Shown: one piece after another, positions 23,278-35,682 of the stretch
Layout: every line of letters begins with the position of its first letter
Numbering within the stretch: the first letter of the stretch is position 1
DNA from: Lepidodermella squamata
Taxonomy: Eukaryota > Animalia > Gastrotricha
DNA length: 64,000 bases
NCBI GenBank assembly: GCA_047495785.1
Contig: JBLDXI010000054.1
Span: forward strand, 620,001 to 684,000
Direction of reading: 5' to 3'
Notes under the pieces: generated by a model
Told to the model about the DNA's origin: nothing
What the model saw: the letters and a program-made list of their open reading frames with translations, nothing else
Database searches by the model: none
Position numbers and translations under genes: made by a program

Positions 23278-24657
23278 ATGGCGTTTCGCGATGAAGTTTG
23301 CAGCGAAATCGAGCCAGCGATATTCAAGTCAAAAGCGAAAACGGCTTCAACTCAAAAGCAAGATACTCCAGCGCCGGTCAAGATACGTAAAGTTGACCTC
23401 ATCCTAATCGGTGATCTTGGCAGTGGCAAGCACGACCTCGCCTCCATGCTGGCCGAAAAGCATGACGAAGCAAAGCAAGCGATTATTCAACGATATCAGC
23501 AACTCAAATCTGGATCTCAACCGTCAAAGAAGCCAAGCAAAACCAGCTTCGACGTCACGATCAAAGTAGTTTCCGGTAAGCGGGATGAAAGCGGCGATAC
23601 CCCGGTTAAGCGATTCCTCCATCGTGCCAGCTCTACCTCTAGTGAAAAGAAATCGAAGGATGTTGAAATTCTGCTGCTATGCATTGCCGTGAATATGCAA
23701 GATTCGATACGCCTCGTCAACTCTTATTGGTTACCTCAATTATGCGAACCTGGCTTGGTCGATGTACCGCTGATTCTTGTTGGGACGAAATCTCATCTCA
23801 GGGAGTCACAGATCTACCAAGACCAAGAACTGGCGTCTAATACGAATAATCGATTAGTCGAGACTGGGAAGGCCCAATCGTTAGCTGAATGGATCGGGGC
23901 ATTGAGCTATCAAGAATTTTCAGCTCAAACAGGGGCTGGATTCGAGGAATTACTTCAGAAAATCGCGATTGCAGCTAACCAAAGGCGGAAGGACCAGAAG
24001 AAGCAAAGATCACGAAGAATTTCGTCTTTGGTCGAAACTGAGAAATTCTCCCATACAACCTTGAAGTTCATCTTAGTCGGAGACGGAGAGTGTGGGAAAA
24101 ATTGCTTGGCGCAAGTATTCAGCCACGGAATTTTTCCAAACGGAGACTACGAACCAACCCCATTCGAACAGTACGAAGCTGTGGTTCAACTGGTTGCTGT
24201 TAGTAACGCACAACGAATCTTGGATGTTCCGGTTCAACTGTGGAAAACGTCCGGTAGGAATCAACGGCACGGCACTATCGACTACCACGATCGATTAAGG
24301 GGGATTTCCTACGCCGAATCTGACGCGGTATTACTCTGCTTCGCCGTAGATCAACTAACGACTGAAAAACGAATAATCGATTACTGGCTGCCTGAAGTCA
24401 ACTTCCGGTGCCCGAATGTGCCGATAATTCTAGTTGGACTTAAAACTGACTTGAGAACGGATCCTTTGACATTAGTCAGACTTAAGCCGTTAGATAAGGA
24501 ATTCGGGCAGAACTTGGCTCGAAAAATTGGTGCAGTGGCGTATGTTGAATGCTCGTCGAAAACAAGCCACGAGGACGTTCGAGAGGTATTTGAAGCTGCT
24601 GTGAAAGCCGTTTTCGAAACGGATCGATACCGGGAAAAACACTGTGCTTTAATGTAA
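23278..24657 (+). CDS. Tandem double Rho-family GTPase-like protein with C-terminal CAAX (intronless)
   Basis: Domain 1: LILIGDLGSGKH...VPLILVGTKSHLR...YQEFSAQT. Domain 2: KFILVGDGECGKN, YEPTPFEQY, LWKTSG, YAESDAVLLCFAVD, WLPEVNFRCPNVPIILVGLKTDLR, YVECSSKT. Ends CALM. Confidence 0.85.
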   Translation: MAFRDEVCSEIEPAIFKSKAKTASTQKQDTPAPVKIRKVDLILIGDLGSGKHDLASMLAEKHDEAKQAIIQRYQQLKSGSQPSKKPSKTSFDVTIKVVSGKRDESGDTPVKRFLHRASSTSSEKKSKDVEILLLCIAVNMQDSIRLVNSYWLPQLCEPGLVDVPLILVGTKSHLRESQIYQDQELASNTNNRLVETGKAQSLAEWIGALSYQEFSAQTGAGFEELLQKIAIAANQRRKDQKKQRSRRISSLVETEKFSHTTLKFILVGDGECGKNCLAQVFSHGIFPNGDYEPTPFEQYEAVVQLVAVSNAQRILDVPVQLWKTSGRNQRHGTIDYHDRLRGISYAESDAVLLCFAVDQLTTEKRIIDYWLPEVNFRCPNVPIILVGLKTDLRTDPLTLVRLKPLDKEFGQNLARKIGAVAYVECSSKTSHEDVREVFEAAVKAVFETDRYREKHCALM

Positions 24658-25492
24658 CACTCATCACCCACGTGAGATTTTTTATCATCGTGATTTTTTT
24701 GTGAATAAAATGATGATTGATGGCTGAGGCTTTGTCTATTTTTTCTGCCGATCGATTTTTCTATTCGGTGATGGTAAATAATTGCCAATCAAGGCGAGAG
24801 ATTAATTAATGGATGTGTTTTCGCACTAAATTTTTTCATTTAAATGCTGCGTGTGGGTATTACGCCAGCTGCACGCCAAAACCAAAGAAGCTAAAATTAT
24901 GAAAATTTGAACATTTCCTATACTCCCTACTTCCTCTTATCCTTACTTTGGGAGATTCCCACTATTTTTGTGCTGAAAAGCTAATCCCTGATTTTAGAGA
25001 ATTTTTGAATTTTAGAAACCTGATAGCGTCTGGATACATTTTTAAAAATATTTGAAAATTTTGCCGGGCAGTGAATTCAATACGGAATGCTTTGTCTAGG
25101 ATTAACTCGGTCATTTTTGCCCGTTCATTCCCCTTTAAAGCAGAACATGCTCAACGGTAAATAGGTATTTTCATGAAAAACAGCGCCGCAATACATTTCA
25201 ATAGCTCATGTTTGACAGCCGTTTACCTTGCGTTTCTCTCAAGAATGCGTAGGCCCGGAAATCGATTAAAAAATTCAGGAACCAGCAATTGCACTGCGCT
25301 GTGGCAAATACTGGAAATGCCGGGGAATAATTTTTATACACCCTATTTAGTTCTCGGTGTCCCCTGGGTGTCTACGTCAAATTTCAGAAAATCACGCGAT
25401 TTGTTGTCTCCCTGACCTGAGTATTTAAGTGGCATTTTCAACGTTGAAATGAACTGTTAAAAATTATTTTGTTGACAATTAGACTAAATGTG

Positions 25493-26647
25493 ATGCTTCT
25501 GGTTTTATGTCTTGCATTACTGCTATCCCCGGCAAGTAGCTTCAAGCTAGTTATTTCCGAGCTCCTAACGACTTGCAGCAATTTGTCGTCGAATTCCTAC
25601 ACACCACATTGCGTTGACGGGGATGTGGCCCTGCGAGATTGTAAACAGACAAAAGTTAAAGCTGGCCTGTTACCGCATCGCTTCTACCGAATCGACGATG
25701 TTGGAGAATCCATGGCCTTCTCCGGGGCTCTGAACTTCAACTGGTACTACCAATGCGATGATTTCCATGGCGCGGGCAATTGCGCGACTTACATCTTAGA
25801 CGAAGGCCAGTCGTTCTGGCGGCCACATATGCATCACAAAAACGCGGTGGATGACTTTGCGATGGTCAGCGGCTTCACATCTCGAATGTACGCGTTTTTC
25901 GACGAAAATCAAACCGACTACAACGTGGGGGTATACTGGCAGCGGGTTGGGGTATTCAACTCGTTTTGCCCAATGGACTTCACATATTTCCCTTTTGACA
26001 CTCAAAATTGTGAGGTCGCGTTTGTCATGCAAGAATCGGCTAAAGCAGCGGTTTTCGTGCCATCCCAGCAAACTAAGGTCGATTCCCTATTCATGGACGC
26101 TTATGGCCTGGGTTGGAATTTTCTCAACATGACAGCTAGGTATAACTATATCGATGTTTTCGGCAATCGAAGCGCGGCTATTTTTGAGTTTACGTTCAGG
26201 CGAAAACCCGAATTTTTCGTCTACAACTTGATAGTTCCGACTTTAGTTTTGTCTTCACTGGAGCTTTTCGCGTTTTTCATGTGCCCTGACATCCCAGATC
26301 GGCCAATGTTTGCGCTAACAATTTTGTTATCGCTGACGTTTTTACAGGGCACGATTCTAAGTCGAATCCCAGCCAAGCCGCAGCGTATTTTTCTGAGCAA
26401 TTACACCGATATGTGTTCGCTGTTCTCTTGCCTGTGTACGATCTATTCGCTTGGCGCGTGTTGCTATGCAATCACGTACGAGAATTGGGCGAAGTCGAAA
26501 TACGCCGTCAAAAGTGCCGTGTTTAGCCGTCTGGCGCTAACTAACTGCCGCGTGATTGATCTGGCGGTATTTTGCATCGCCCTCCTCGCGTTTTTCGGGA
26601 TCAATATCTACGCTTTGATTACTGCGAAAATTGCTGGCTACCTGTGA
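25493..26647 (+). CDS. Divergent Cys-loop (nAChR/5-HT3-like) ligand-gated ion channel subunit, intronless
   Basis: Signal peptide, FWRP, Cys loop CPMDFTYFPFDTQNC, pre-M1 FRRKP, four TM segments, very short M3-M4 loop, no vicinal Cys pair. Confidence 0.85.
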   Translation: MLLVLCLALLLSPASSFKLVISELLTTCSNLSSNSYTPHCVDGDVALRDCKQTKVKAGLLPHRFYRIDDVGESMAFSGALNFNWYYQCDDFHGAGNCATYILDEGQSFWRPHMHHKNAVDDFAMVSGFTSRMYAFFDENQTDYNVGVYWQRVGVFNSFCPMDFTYFPFDTQNCEVAFVMQESAKAAVFVPSQQTKVDSLFMDAYGLGWNFLNMTARYNYIDVFGNRSAAIFEFTFRRKPEFFVYNLIVPTLVLSSLELFAFFMCPDIPDRPMFALTILLSLTFLQGTILSRIPAKPQRIFLSNYTDMCSLFSCLCTIYSLGACCYAITYENWAKSKYAVKSAVFSRLALTNCRVIDLAVFCIALLAFFGINIYALITAKIAGYL

Positions 26648-27193
26648 TTTATTAATGACTGTTATATTAATTTCTTGACTGATTGAATTTCCTAATAAAA
26701 CGTACATATAAACATGAAAACATAAATATTTATTATTGTCCCCCTGCCTCCTTCCAAATCACAAAAATACGCATAGTTATCAGAGTACTACAAGGGTGTC
26801 CAAAATTTGCGCAACCAGTAGTTGTTAATTCGGAAAATTGTTAGGGTAACTTAACTAATTTTTCGAAATCAAGTCCACCTGGGGGAATTTTCCATTCTTT
26901 ATCCACGATTTTACCGAAGAATTTGAAAAGTTACCGAGAAAACCTTAAAGCTACGATGATAACTGGTTCGGGTTTAACCTGAAAAGTCCTATCTGCAGCG
27001 AATGTCCTTATTGTGCAATAACAGTGCATCACCGGTAAAAATGGCCGGCGCCATTCGATCCGCCGGGTTTGATTACCCCTATTTTTGACATCATTGACAT
27101 TTTTTACTGAAAATTTTGGAAATAAAGTTGTTTTTTCGATTTATCTCGAAATAAATTGTTTTGGACGTAGGACTTTTAGCCGCACCAACGACG

Positions 27194-27692
27194 AATTGGT
27201 TCACTGCGAACTGCCAACGATGACCTATGTGATCTTTAATCTTCACATTTGTTTGCCGATGTTACGAAGTTCGAAAGCGAAACTACTCTGAATTTCTATA
27301 AAATATTATTTTTTTGCATTTATTTTCCTACTTCTCATCCACCTACGTACAACAACTATTAGTAAATGAAACTTTACGTTATCCACACCTTGACCAGTAG
27401 ATACTTATATGCTGACTTTTTACGCGCATTATCATGTCGCCCACATTTAATATCATAATGCATCTTAGCCACGAATGGTAGTGAATATCAAGGCCTTTAC
27501 TACTAGTATTGTGTATATTTTCCGCTTTCAGGAGTGTTTATTGAGAAACAGAGTAGAATAGGGATCATAGAAAAGTTGAAATGTGAACATAGGGGACTCT
27601 ACGATTGTGAAATATAATCCAAACTGGCGGTACGGCGCATCGAAGAAAGGGCTCTACAGCAGTTTCAACACAGGGGATCTTCAGAGGGTTAA
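27194..27692. repeat. Older diverged inverted homology with 34226-34731, ending in a piggyBac-like GGG-TTAA terminus
   Basis: The reverse complement aligns with substitutions and small indels. cagagggttaacac (~27680-27693) corresponds to gtgttaaccctctg (~34224-34237). Confidence 0.75.
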
Positions 27693-28130
27693 CACCTTTG
27701 GTAGTTTCAAAGAGATATAATATTATTATGGACCAGAAATGAAACAAAATCAAGATAAGTTTCACGTGACAAGCAGTTACCTTTTCAACTGAACTTTTAT
27801 TAGAAAGGCTTACAATACAATATTGGTACAGCAAGGGAAGTTGAGTTCGATGCATTGTCTAGCAAAGCTCGAATTTTGGCTTCAAACCATGCGAAAATTT
27901 AACAACAACAAAATTTTGAGTTAGGATTGCGCGTTAATGGTTTACAGCGATGGCAAAATCGGCTCCAATAACGTGTAATCCAAACTCAATAGGTGGCAAA
28001 TTATAGTAATTTTAGGCAGACGCTAGCTTGAATACAAAATGTTCAACACGAACCTAACACATGAATTCTTTGTAATACGAGTGTTTATAGACTTCACGAC
28101 GACTTGCATCGCTGAACAACAGGAACTAAA

Positions 28131-28963
28131 TCAATTGCCGCAGGTGTCGACTGTGAAACCAGAAAACAGAGCGCCGCTCGTCGAGTAGGTGACTGTGCCG
28201 GTAGCAGCGGCGCAGCAAGCCGAGAAACTGGCGAAGGCTGTTGTCGCCCAGGAAGGCTAGACCAATGAGAGAATGAACAATCTGACACTAAACTCAAATC
28301 AGTGACTCACAGATCCACTCGCAGCTGCTAGCTGGGTGGTTTGCGTTGTCGTGAGGCAGGCGTTGGGGAAGCGGACGCAGCGACCAACCGAAGAAGCATC
28401 AGCAGCACACACTTTGTACGGGCTGGTATCGGTGGCTCCGAAGCAGTACATCGATGGATTCGGGGCGCTGGAGGCCTTGTAGACATCGTACACGGTGGTC
28501 GTAGCTCCAATACCCGTGCAGCAGGCTGCAAATGTGTTGAAGGCTGTGGTCGTGACACCGGTTGCGGTCTGTAAGGGAAAGGCGAGCAGGTAATTGATTG
28601 GTTAATGGAACAAATCGTCTTTTTATACCACTCCTGGTGGGATCAGGCTGCATGCGGCGCCGGCTGTCGAGCTGCAGTACTTGATCGTTTTGGCTACATC
28701 GGTTCCGGTTCCGGGGGTAGTTACTTGGCACATCGTGAATTGGTTCTGTAAATGTATAAAATCCATGATTGTAGGCTTGTAAAAGAATGCCTCGGGTGTA
28801 TTACGTTGTCGAGGCAAGATTGCGACGAAGTACAGGCCGTAGATGCGCAGGTAGTTCCAGTGGTGCAGGTTGGTGGCGTCGGGCATGGCGTTGATGTCGA
28901 AGAGGGGCACGCGCTCGAAAGCGCTACGAACAAGCTGAGAACAACAAACACGGCGGTCGACAT
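28131..28963 (-). CDS. Secreted Cys/Thr/Ala-rich protein, copy A (219 aa, 4 exons), mirror of copy B
   Basis: Reverse complement of 32549-33381. Confidence 0.85.
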
Positions 28964-30879
28964 TTGAATGTGGAGATGATGGCTAAGAGAAAAGTAGACA
29001 AACTTTTAACTGTTCGAAGAAGTGATTATACGACCGATTACAGGCCACCTTAAATAACTAGCCGGCATCGTGTCTGGTCGCCGAAGTATCGCTTTCGGGT
29101 CGAACTGACTCCTGGACGGTTGCCGCCGCCGACGCAGCTAGATTGTTTTTCTTGCGTCACGCTACGCAAAAAGACAATCAAGCGCCCACACGCCGCTTTT
29201 CGCTCATTATTTTTAACCAAAGTTAATTGAGAGTAGAAAGCCAAAACAGCCACGTCAAAAAGTGCGTAGTACTCAACGTGAGTGGTTTCGCCTAGTTTTA
29301 CGTGGCCAGCAGAAGATAGATTTCCTGAAATTTGTGGCGGAGATTCAACCCTCGCCCGCAGCTAGCTAACCGCTTCCACTTGACTGAAATTGAAAGCGAG
29401 AATGAAATAAAATAAATTTTATTCCCTGAATACAAAATAAAAGCTATGGATATTAAGAGTGATGAAGTCCTCAGCTTTTTATTACAGCAGCCACTACGTT
29501 GGACTTGCAGGCATGGGGCATCAAAATATAGTGATCATCGTACTGCTATCTTTTCAACTTTTATTTATCACCGCTGTTCTCATGGGTAATCTCCATTTTT
29601 CATAGATATACGCGTGATTATACGTGATTTATCATTTCCGGAAGCACGTCTCTCAATGGTTGAGTGTCCATGGTCCGCTGTCTCTTCAAATGTAAACGGT
29701 AGCCAGGGCGCATGTGTAATTGACCGGAACACTTCACTACTTCAGAATACTTACCGATACCGTTTCTCGTCGGATATTCTCAGAGAGCCGACGCATAACC
29801 TCGACCAGCAATCGCCGTGCGGATTGACAATCTTCTAGGTGCCAAACGAGCGTGCCGCATCGTACAGCGTACTGTGCAAACGATGGATACCAGAGAGCGA
29901 TACTCGTGGTATTTCACTACGTATTAGTACGCCTCAATACGTACACACTCTAGCACTCTTTATCAGGTGCTAGACAATGTCAGCCATCGGCAATCAGTAG
30001 CAACGATATTTCAACACCTGAGTGTTTGTGATGAATTGTGATGATGAACTATACTACAATCATGCGATGATAATCGCTCGTGAAAAAGGTTTATGATTAA
30101 TTCCAACTTCTAACGCACAATTTAGGTATAAGAACAAGCAGTTGTCTGGTGATTGCTCATTTTCATAAATTTTCATAATATTTTCATTCTAACTGTGCAA
30201 ATTAAGTCACCGAGTTCCTATCTCTGTTAGTTCCGTTAGCTAAAGTTGCCTCTGCATTCTTTCTCCATTATGCTCTATCCGCTCTTCTGTGTTCCATGTT
30301 TCTTTCTCCACCTCATAACTACACTGAAATTGATATAACTCGCCTTCGTCCTTTTCCGTTTTTCACTTTTGCACCATCGATAGCTTGGCTCAACCCTGCT
30401 AGCAGGTGCCTCTTGTTTCATTGGCCTTTATTTTAGTTATTCTGAGTTGGTGGAAAGAGAGGATGTCAATAAATGTTTTTTTATGATTTATAATTAAGAT
30501 GAAGTCACTGCATGAAGAAGAATACATGATTCAAAGCATGAAGGACCGCAGTGTGTGAATGTATAGGAGTACGCGCGCGAAAAGATTATGTTTACTAGCC
30601 ACTACGTGGCTAACGTAAAACGTTTATCGTAGGTGAAATAAAGTAAAAATGTTGTTGCAACTGATACCTTATTGAGAAATTTATAATCCCAAAATCCAAA
30701 ATTCATTCATCAAAAAAGAAAGCGACCGTAAATTGCTTTTGACTACAGTTTTATTAATCATTGGCGACTTTTCGGTCCTTGCGCGGACCATATTCACGCT
30801 ACAACAAAAGAAAACACAACAAGAATTAATATAGTAAAGAACGAAAGCACAAAAATATATCAGGATGAAAATGGAACCT

Positions 30880-31345
30880 GTCAAAATAGCTTTTACTTCA
30901 TTGATTCGGACTGCACGTTGAGGCTCACTTCGGACTTTGCGGACTGCTTTATGAGTGACTCTCGTGGATCAAGCAGTCTCACCTGTCGCGGCACTTGCGT
31001 AATACTTTGAAGTGTGCATGTATATGTCAAAGCTGTCAGGCAGTGTTTGCCGTTTGAGCTCGAAGCTCGAAGCAAGCTTGTGTTCCTCGGCCCGTTGATG
31101 TAAGTTCCGAGCCGTCATCCAAAACATAGCCAGCGTCTCTCCAATCACATGAAAAACGATAAACGACGCACTTGCGGTTCGGGCTTGATCTCCGTCGCTC
31201 CGAAATTTGCGTTGATCTTTCGGCTTGTGAACATGGCTTGAACAGCCACCTGAAGTATTCCAGAAGGATCATTGAGTCTCAACGTGTCTCTTCGAGCTTT
31301 TTTCCCGCCTTTGTAGGGTAACACGAAACTTACAGATTCGATTAT
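30880..31345 (-). mobile_element. Penelope-like retroelement remnant (GIY-YIG endonuclease end)
   Basis: Frameshifted segments LPYKG...VQAMFTSRKI, KCVVYRFSCDWRDAGYV, MTARNLHQRAEEHK, GKHC, FKVLRKC..DCLIHE and SLNVQSESMK match the typical C-terminal GIY-YIG region of PLEs. Confidence 0.75.
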
Positions 31346-32548
31346 CGTTACACCGGTTTTGATACCATTGGGAAATCAGTGATTAATTAATGATTAATAA
31401 AGTTTTAGTCAAACGCAACTTTTGCTTTCTTTCGATGAATCTATACCTGAATCGGGTGGTTATTTTCTCATCCAAAATTCACCTTAACATGTGGTGAAGT
31501 ACTCACAAGATATTGCAGGTATATAAAATCATACAGCTACAGCCGCGCTTGTGGCCACAAAGGAAGTAATTAACGGCATCCAGTTTGCGCTCTCACAAAG
31601 TTAACTTGACCTTCAACATTATCGGTTCTAGGGTGTTTGTATCAGCTTTGTAAACCAATTGAAAATGCAGCGAGCAAAATAATTGCATCGAAAGCTTTTT
31701 CTCGCTCTCATGATACAAACAGCAAGCAACCATATAAAAAACGAATAGCGTAAATTCCGAAATACAAGCCCAGGCGGCACTCTTTGTCGGCACTTTGATG
31801 TTCTTTGTAGTGCCGCCTGGGCTTGTATTTGAATATTTACGGTAGTCTTTCAGTTTCCTGAACTGTGGCTCGACGAAAGCCTTTGCTAAACCAAACGACA
31901 TGAAGAAGATTTGAAAATTGAGGAGCAAATATTGTCCAATTATTTACGGCGAAATTCGCCTGAAAATAGAGAGATTCAACGTACTTAATAGTGTTTGTGA
32001 AAACATGAAATACATCAATTTTTATGTTGACTTTCAGCTTGATTATTTCTTAAAAATGATGACATTATTGGCACTTTATCTACAAGGATTAAAACTTTAT
32101 TTTATTTCATTCTAGCTTTCAATTTCAGTCAAGTGGAAGCGGTTAGCTAGCTGCGGGCGAGGGTTGAATCTCCGCCACAAATTTCAGGAAATCTATCTTC
32201 TGCTGGCCACGTAAAACTAGGCGAAACCACTCACGTTGAGTACTACGCACTTTTTGACGTGGCTGTTTTGGCTTTCTACTCTCAATTAACTTTGGTTAAA
32301 AATAATGAGCGAAAAGCGGCGTGTGGGCGCTTGATTGTCTTTTTGCGTAGCGTGACGCAAGAAAAACAATCTAGCTGCGTCGGCGGCGGCAACCGTCCAG
32401 GAGTCAGTTCGACCCGAAAGCGATACTTCGGCGACCAGACACGATGCCGGCTAGTTATTTAAGGTGGCCTGTAATCGGTCGTATAATCACTTCTTCGAAC
32501 AGTTAAAAGTTTGTCTACTTTTCTCTTAGCCATCATCTCCACATTCAA

Positions 32549-33381
32549 ATGTCGACCGCCGTGTTTGTTGTTCTCAGCTTGTTCGTAGCGCTTTCGAGCG
32601 CGTGCCCCTCTTCGACATCAACGCCATGCCCGACGCCACCAACCTGCACCACTGGAACTACCTGCGCATCTACGGCCTGTACTTCGTCGCAATCTTGCCT
32701 CGACAACGTAATACACCCGAGGCATTCTTTTACAAGCCTACAATCATGGATTTTATACATTTACAGAACCAATTCACGATGTGCCAAGTAACTACCCCCG
32801 GAACCGGAACCGATGTAGCCAAAACGATCAAGTACTGCAGCTCGACAGCCGGCGCCGCATGCAGCCTGATCCCACCAGGAGTGGTATAAAAAGACGATTT
32901 GTTCCATTAACCAATCAATTACCTGCTCGCCTTTCCCTTACAGACCGCAACCGGTGTCACGACCACAGCCTTCAACACATTTGCAGCCTGCTGCACGGGT
33001 ATTGGAGCTACGACCACCGTGTACGATGTCTACAAGGCCTCCAGCGCCCCGAATCCATCGATGTACTGCTTCGGAGCCACCGATACCAGCCCGTACAAAG
33101 TGTGTGCTGCTGATGCTTCTTCGGTTGGTCGCTGCGTCCGCTTCCCCAACGCCTGCCTCACGACAACGCAAACCACCCAGCTAGCAGCTGCGAGTGGATC
33201 TGTGAGTCACTGATTTGAGTTTAGTGTCAGATTGTTCATTCTCTCATTGGTCTAGCCTTCCTGGGCGACAACAGCCTTCGCCAGTTTCTCGGCTTGCTGC
33301 GCCGCTGCTACCGGCACAGTCACCTACTCGACGAGCGGCGCTCTGTTTTCTGGTTTCACAGTCGACACCTGCGGCAATTGA
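32549..33381 (+). CDS. Secreted Cys/Thr/Ala-rich protein, copy B (219 aa)
   Basis: Exons 32549-32707, 32767-32883, 32944-33201, 33256-33381; phase-0 GT-AG introns. Signal peptide; motifs FTMCQV, FAACC, YCFGATD-PYKVC, GRCVRFPNAC, FSACC, VDTCGN. Confidence 0.85.
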
Positions 33382-35682
33382 TTTAGTTCCTGTTGTTCAG
33401 CGATGCAAGTCGTCGTGAAGTCTATAAACACTCGTATTACAAAGAATTCATGTGTTAGGTTCGTGTTGAACATTTTGTATTCAAGCTAGCGTCTGCCTAA
33501 AATTACTATAATTTGCCACCTATTGAGTTTGGATTACACGTTATTGGAGCCGATTTTGCCATCGCTGTAAACCATTAACGCGCAATCCTAACTCAAAATT
33601 TTGTTGTTGTTAAATTTTCGCATGGTTTGAAGCCAAAATTCGAGCTTTGCTAGACAATGCATCGAACTCAACTTCCCTTGCTGTACCAATATTGTATTGT
33701 AAGCCTTTCTAATAAAAGTTCAGTTGAAAAGGTAACTGCTTGTCACGTGACACTTATCTTGATTTGCTGTTTTGTTGTTTCGTTTCGGGTCCAAAATAAT
33801 ATTATATCATTTTCATAATAGCCGCAAATTCTCGGCGAATGGCGAATGAAACCAAGTTTTGCTGGAATCTTGCCATCTTGCAAGAACCTCCTATTACTCC
33901 GCGTAACACGATGATTGTGTCGAGCAAAAGGTATTATGTAGGCTATGTAAGGTCTAGTTTTATAACAAAAAAAAATCTCAACAAAAAGCCAGCAGCCTGA
34001 AATGAAACATATATTCCCATATTTTTCTACCATTATTGTTGCTGAATTTTATACTGATTTTTGTCTACTTATCTAACATGATGTTTTAAAACCACTAATT
34101 TTGTGGACAGTTTGATCAAACCCTAACTAATCCATTGTCTTTTTTACAGCTGAGCTTTCCAAATTTTTCTAAAATCGGATGAATGGCTCCTAAATAAATA
34201 AATAAATAAACTAACAATCTGCAGTGTTAACCCTCTGCAGATCCCAGGTGTTGAAACTGCTGTAGGGCCCTTTCTTCGATGCGCCATATCGCCAATTTGG
34301 GTTATCATTCACATTCACATCGAGTCCCCTATGTTCAAATTTCAACTTTTCTATGATCCCTGTTCTACTCTGTTTCTCAATAATCACTAATCACTCCTGA
34401 AAGCGGAAAATGTACACAATGCTAGTAGTAAATGCCTTAATATTCACTACCATTCGTGGCTAAGCATCATGATATTAAATGTGGGCGACATGAAAATACG
34501 CGTAAAAAGTGAGCATATAAGTATCTACTGGTCATGGTGTGGATAACGTAAAGTTTCATTTACTAATAGTTGTTGTACGTAGGTGGATGAGAAGTAGGAA
34601 AATAAATGCCAAAGAATATTATTTTATAGAAATTCAGAGTAGTTTCGCTTTCGAACTTCGTAACATCGGCAAACAAATGTGAAGATTAAAGATCACATAG
34701 GTCATCTTTGGCAGTTCGCAGTGAACCAATTAGGTTCCTTGAACCATGCAAATCATGACTGTATACAAGAATCGTGAACCATCAGTGGCAGATTTGCCAC
34801 ACTAGGCCACATTAACACTGGGAAAGCTTCAGAATTTCTACCCTCAAGTATTCTCGATCAACCTCTGCGATCATCAGCTCACATGTTTTGAAACCGTCAA
34901 TTAAAATTATCAGATTAATCTGATCAGGTTATCAGATATCTATGATTAAAATTGAGAGTATTCCTCTTTCGTGATTTCGCGCTATCATAAACATTTATTT
35001 CTCTCGTATAATATTACATTTTCTAATGAATTGTAGTTTCTGGCCGCTCACAGTCAGCTTTCAAAAAAATCCCGGGGGAATGTCGGGTTCCCCCTACTGA
35101 TTTGCATATTTCGCAGTAAAAACAGCACGATTCACCCCCGTGAGGTTAACCAAGGACCAATGCAGAAATATCAATATTCATGATTTGTTGTTTTCAAGCT
35201 TCACTCAAGCTTCGATATCGCCACGAAGTTACTGCGACTTGAAAACCTGCAAAAGCTGTTGAGCCAAATCGGTTGAAATATCTAATGACTGAGAACCATT
35301 CTTTTATTTTAGATTGGAAGTTGGCTTTAAGGTGGAAGAATAGAGCTGCTGGAAATCTTCCGAGGGTTACGTAAAATTCTGCTGCAACAAAAATACTTGC
35401 AGATGATAGATGATAAACCTAGCGCAACTTGCGTAATTGTTTTGCTAGAGTTGAAAAACAATTAAAACTTGGGTCTCCGCAAGATATAATTAGCCTCAAA
35501 AGAGGGGTGAGATGAAAGTTTTTAATTACTTTTTCACAATTGACTGTCATGGTAGGCGTAGGCTAGCGCATAAAACCATACCAAACCCAATGCTCTGGCT
35601 TACAAACGATTCGACCCAGCGATTAATTTATTCTTAAAGGCCAGAGAAGTTTCTCACTTGGAGCTTGGATAATCATAAGGAA

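Larger units (their letters stand above)
27748..33764. repeat. Large palindrome: arms 27748-29416 and 32096-33764 (~1.67 kb), 2.68-kb spacer
   Basis: The ORF track is mirror-identical (position sum 61512). Mismatches were seen only near the arm ends. Confidence 0.95.

Noticed and set aside
26789-26810. Tc1/mariner-like terminus (ta-caagggtgtccaaaa)
   Set aside because: No matching opposite terminus found.
31593-31928. 111-aa ORF with a hydrophobic start in the palindrome spacer
   Set aside because: Non-ATG start in the track, no motif I can identify confidently; could be a decayed gene.
32549-32707. Beetle-type antifreeze protein call for the Thr-Cys segment
   Set aside because: Only about 1.5 repeats and irregular Cys spacing; too weak to assign.
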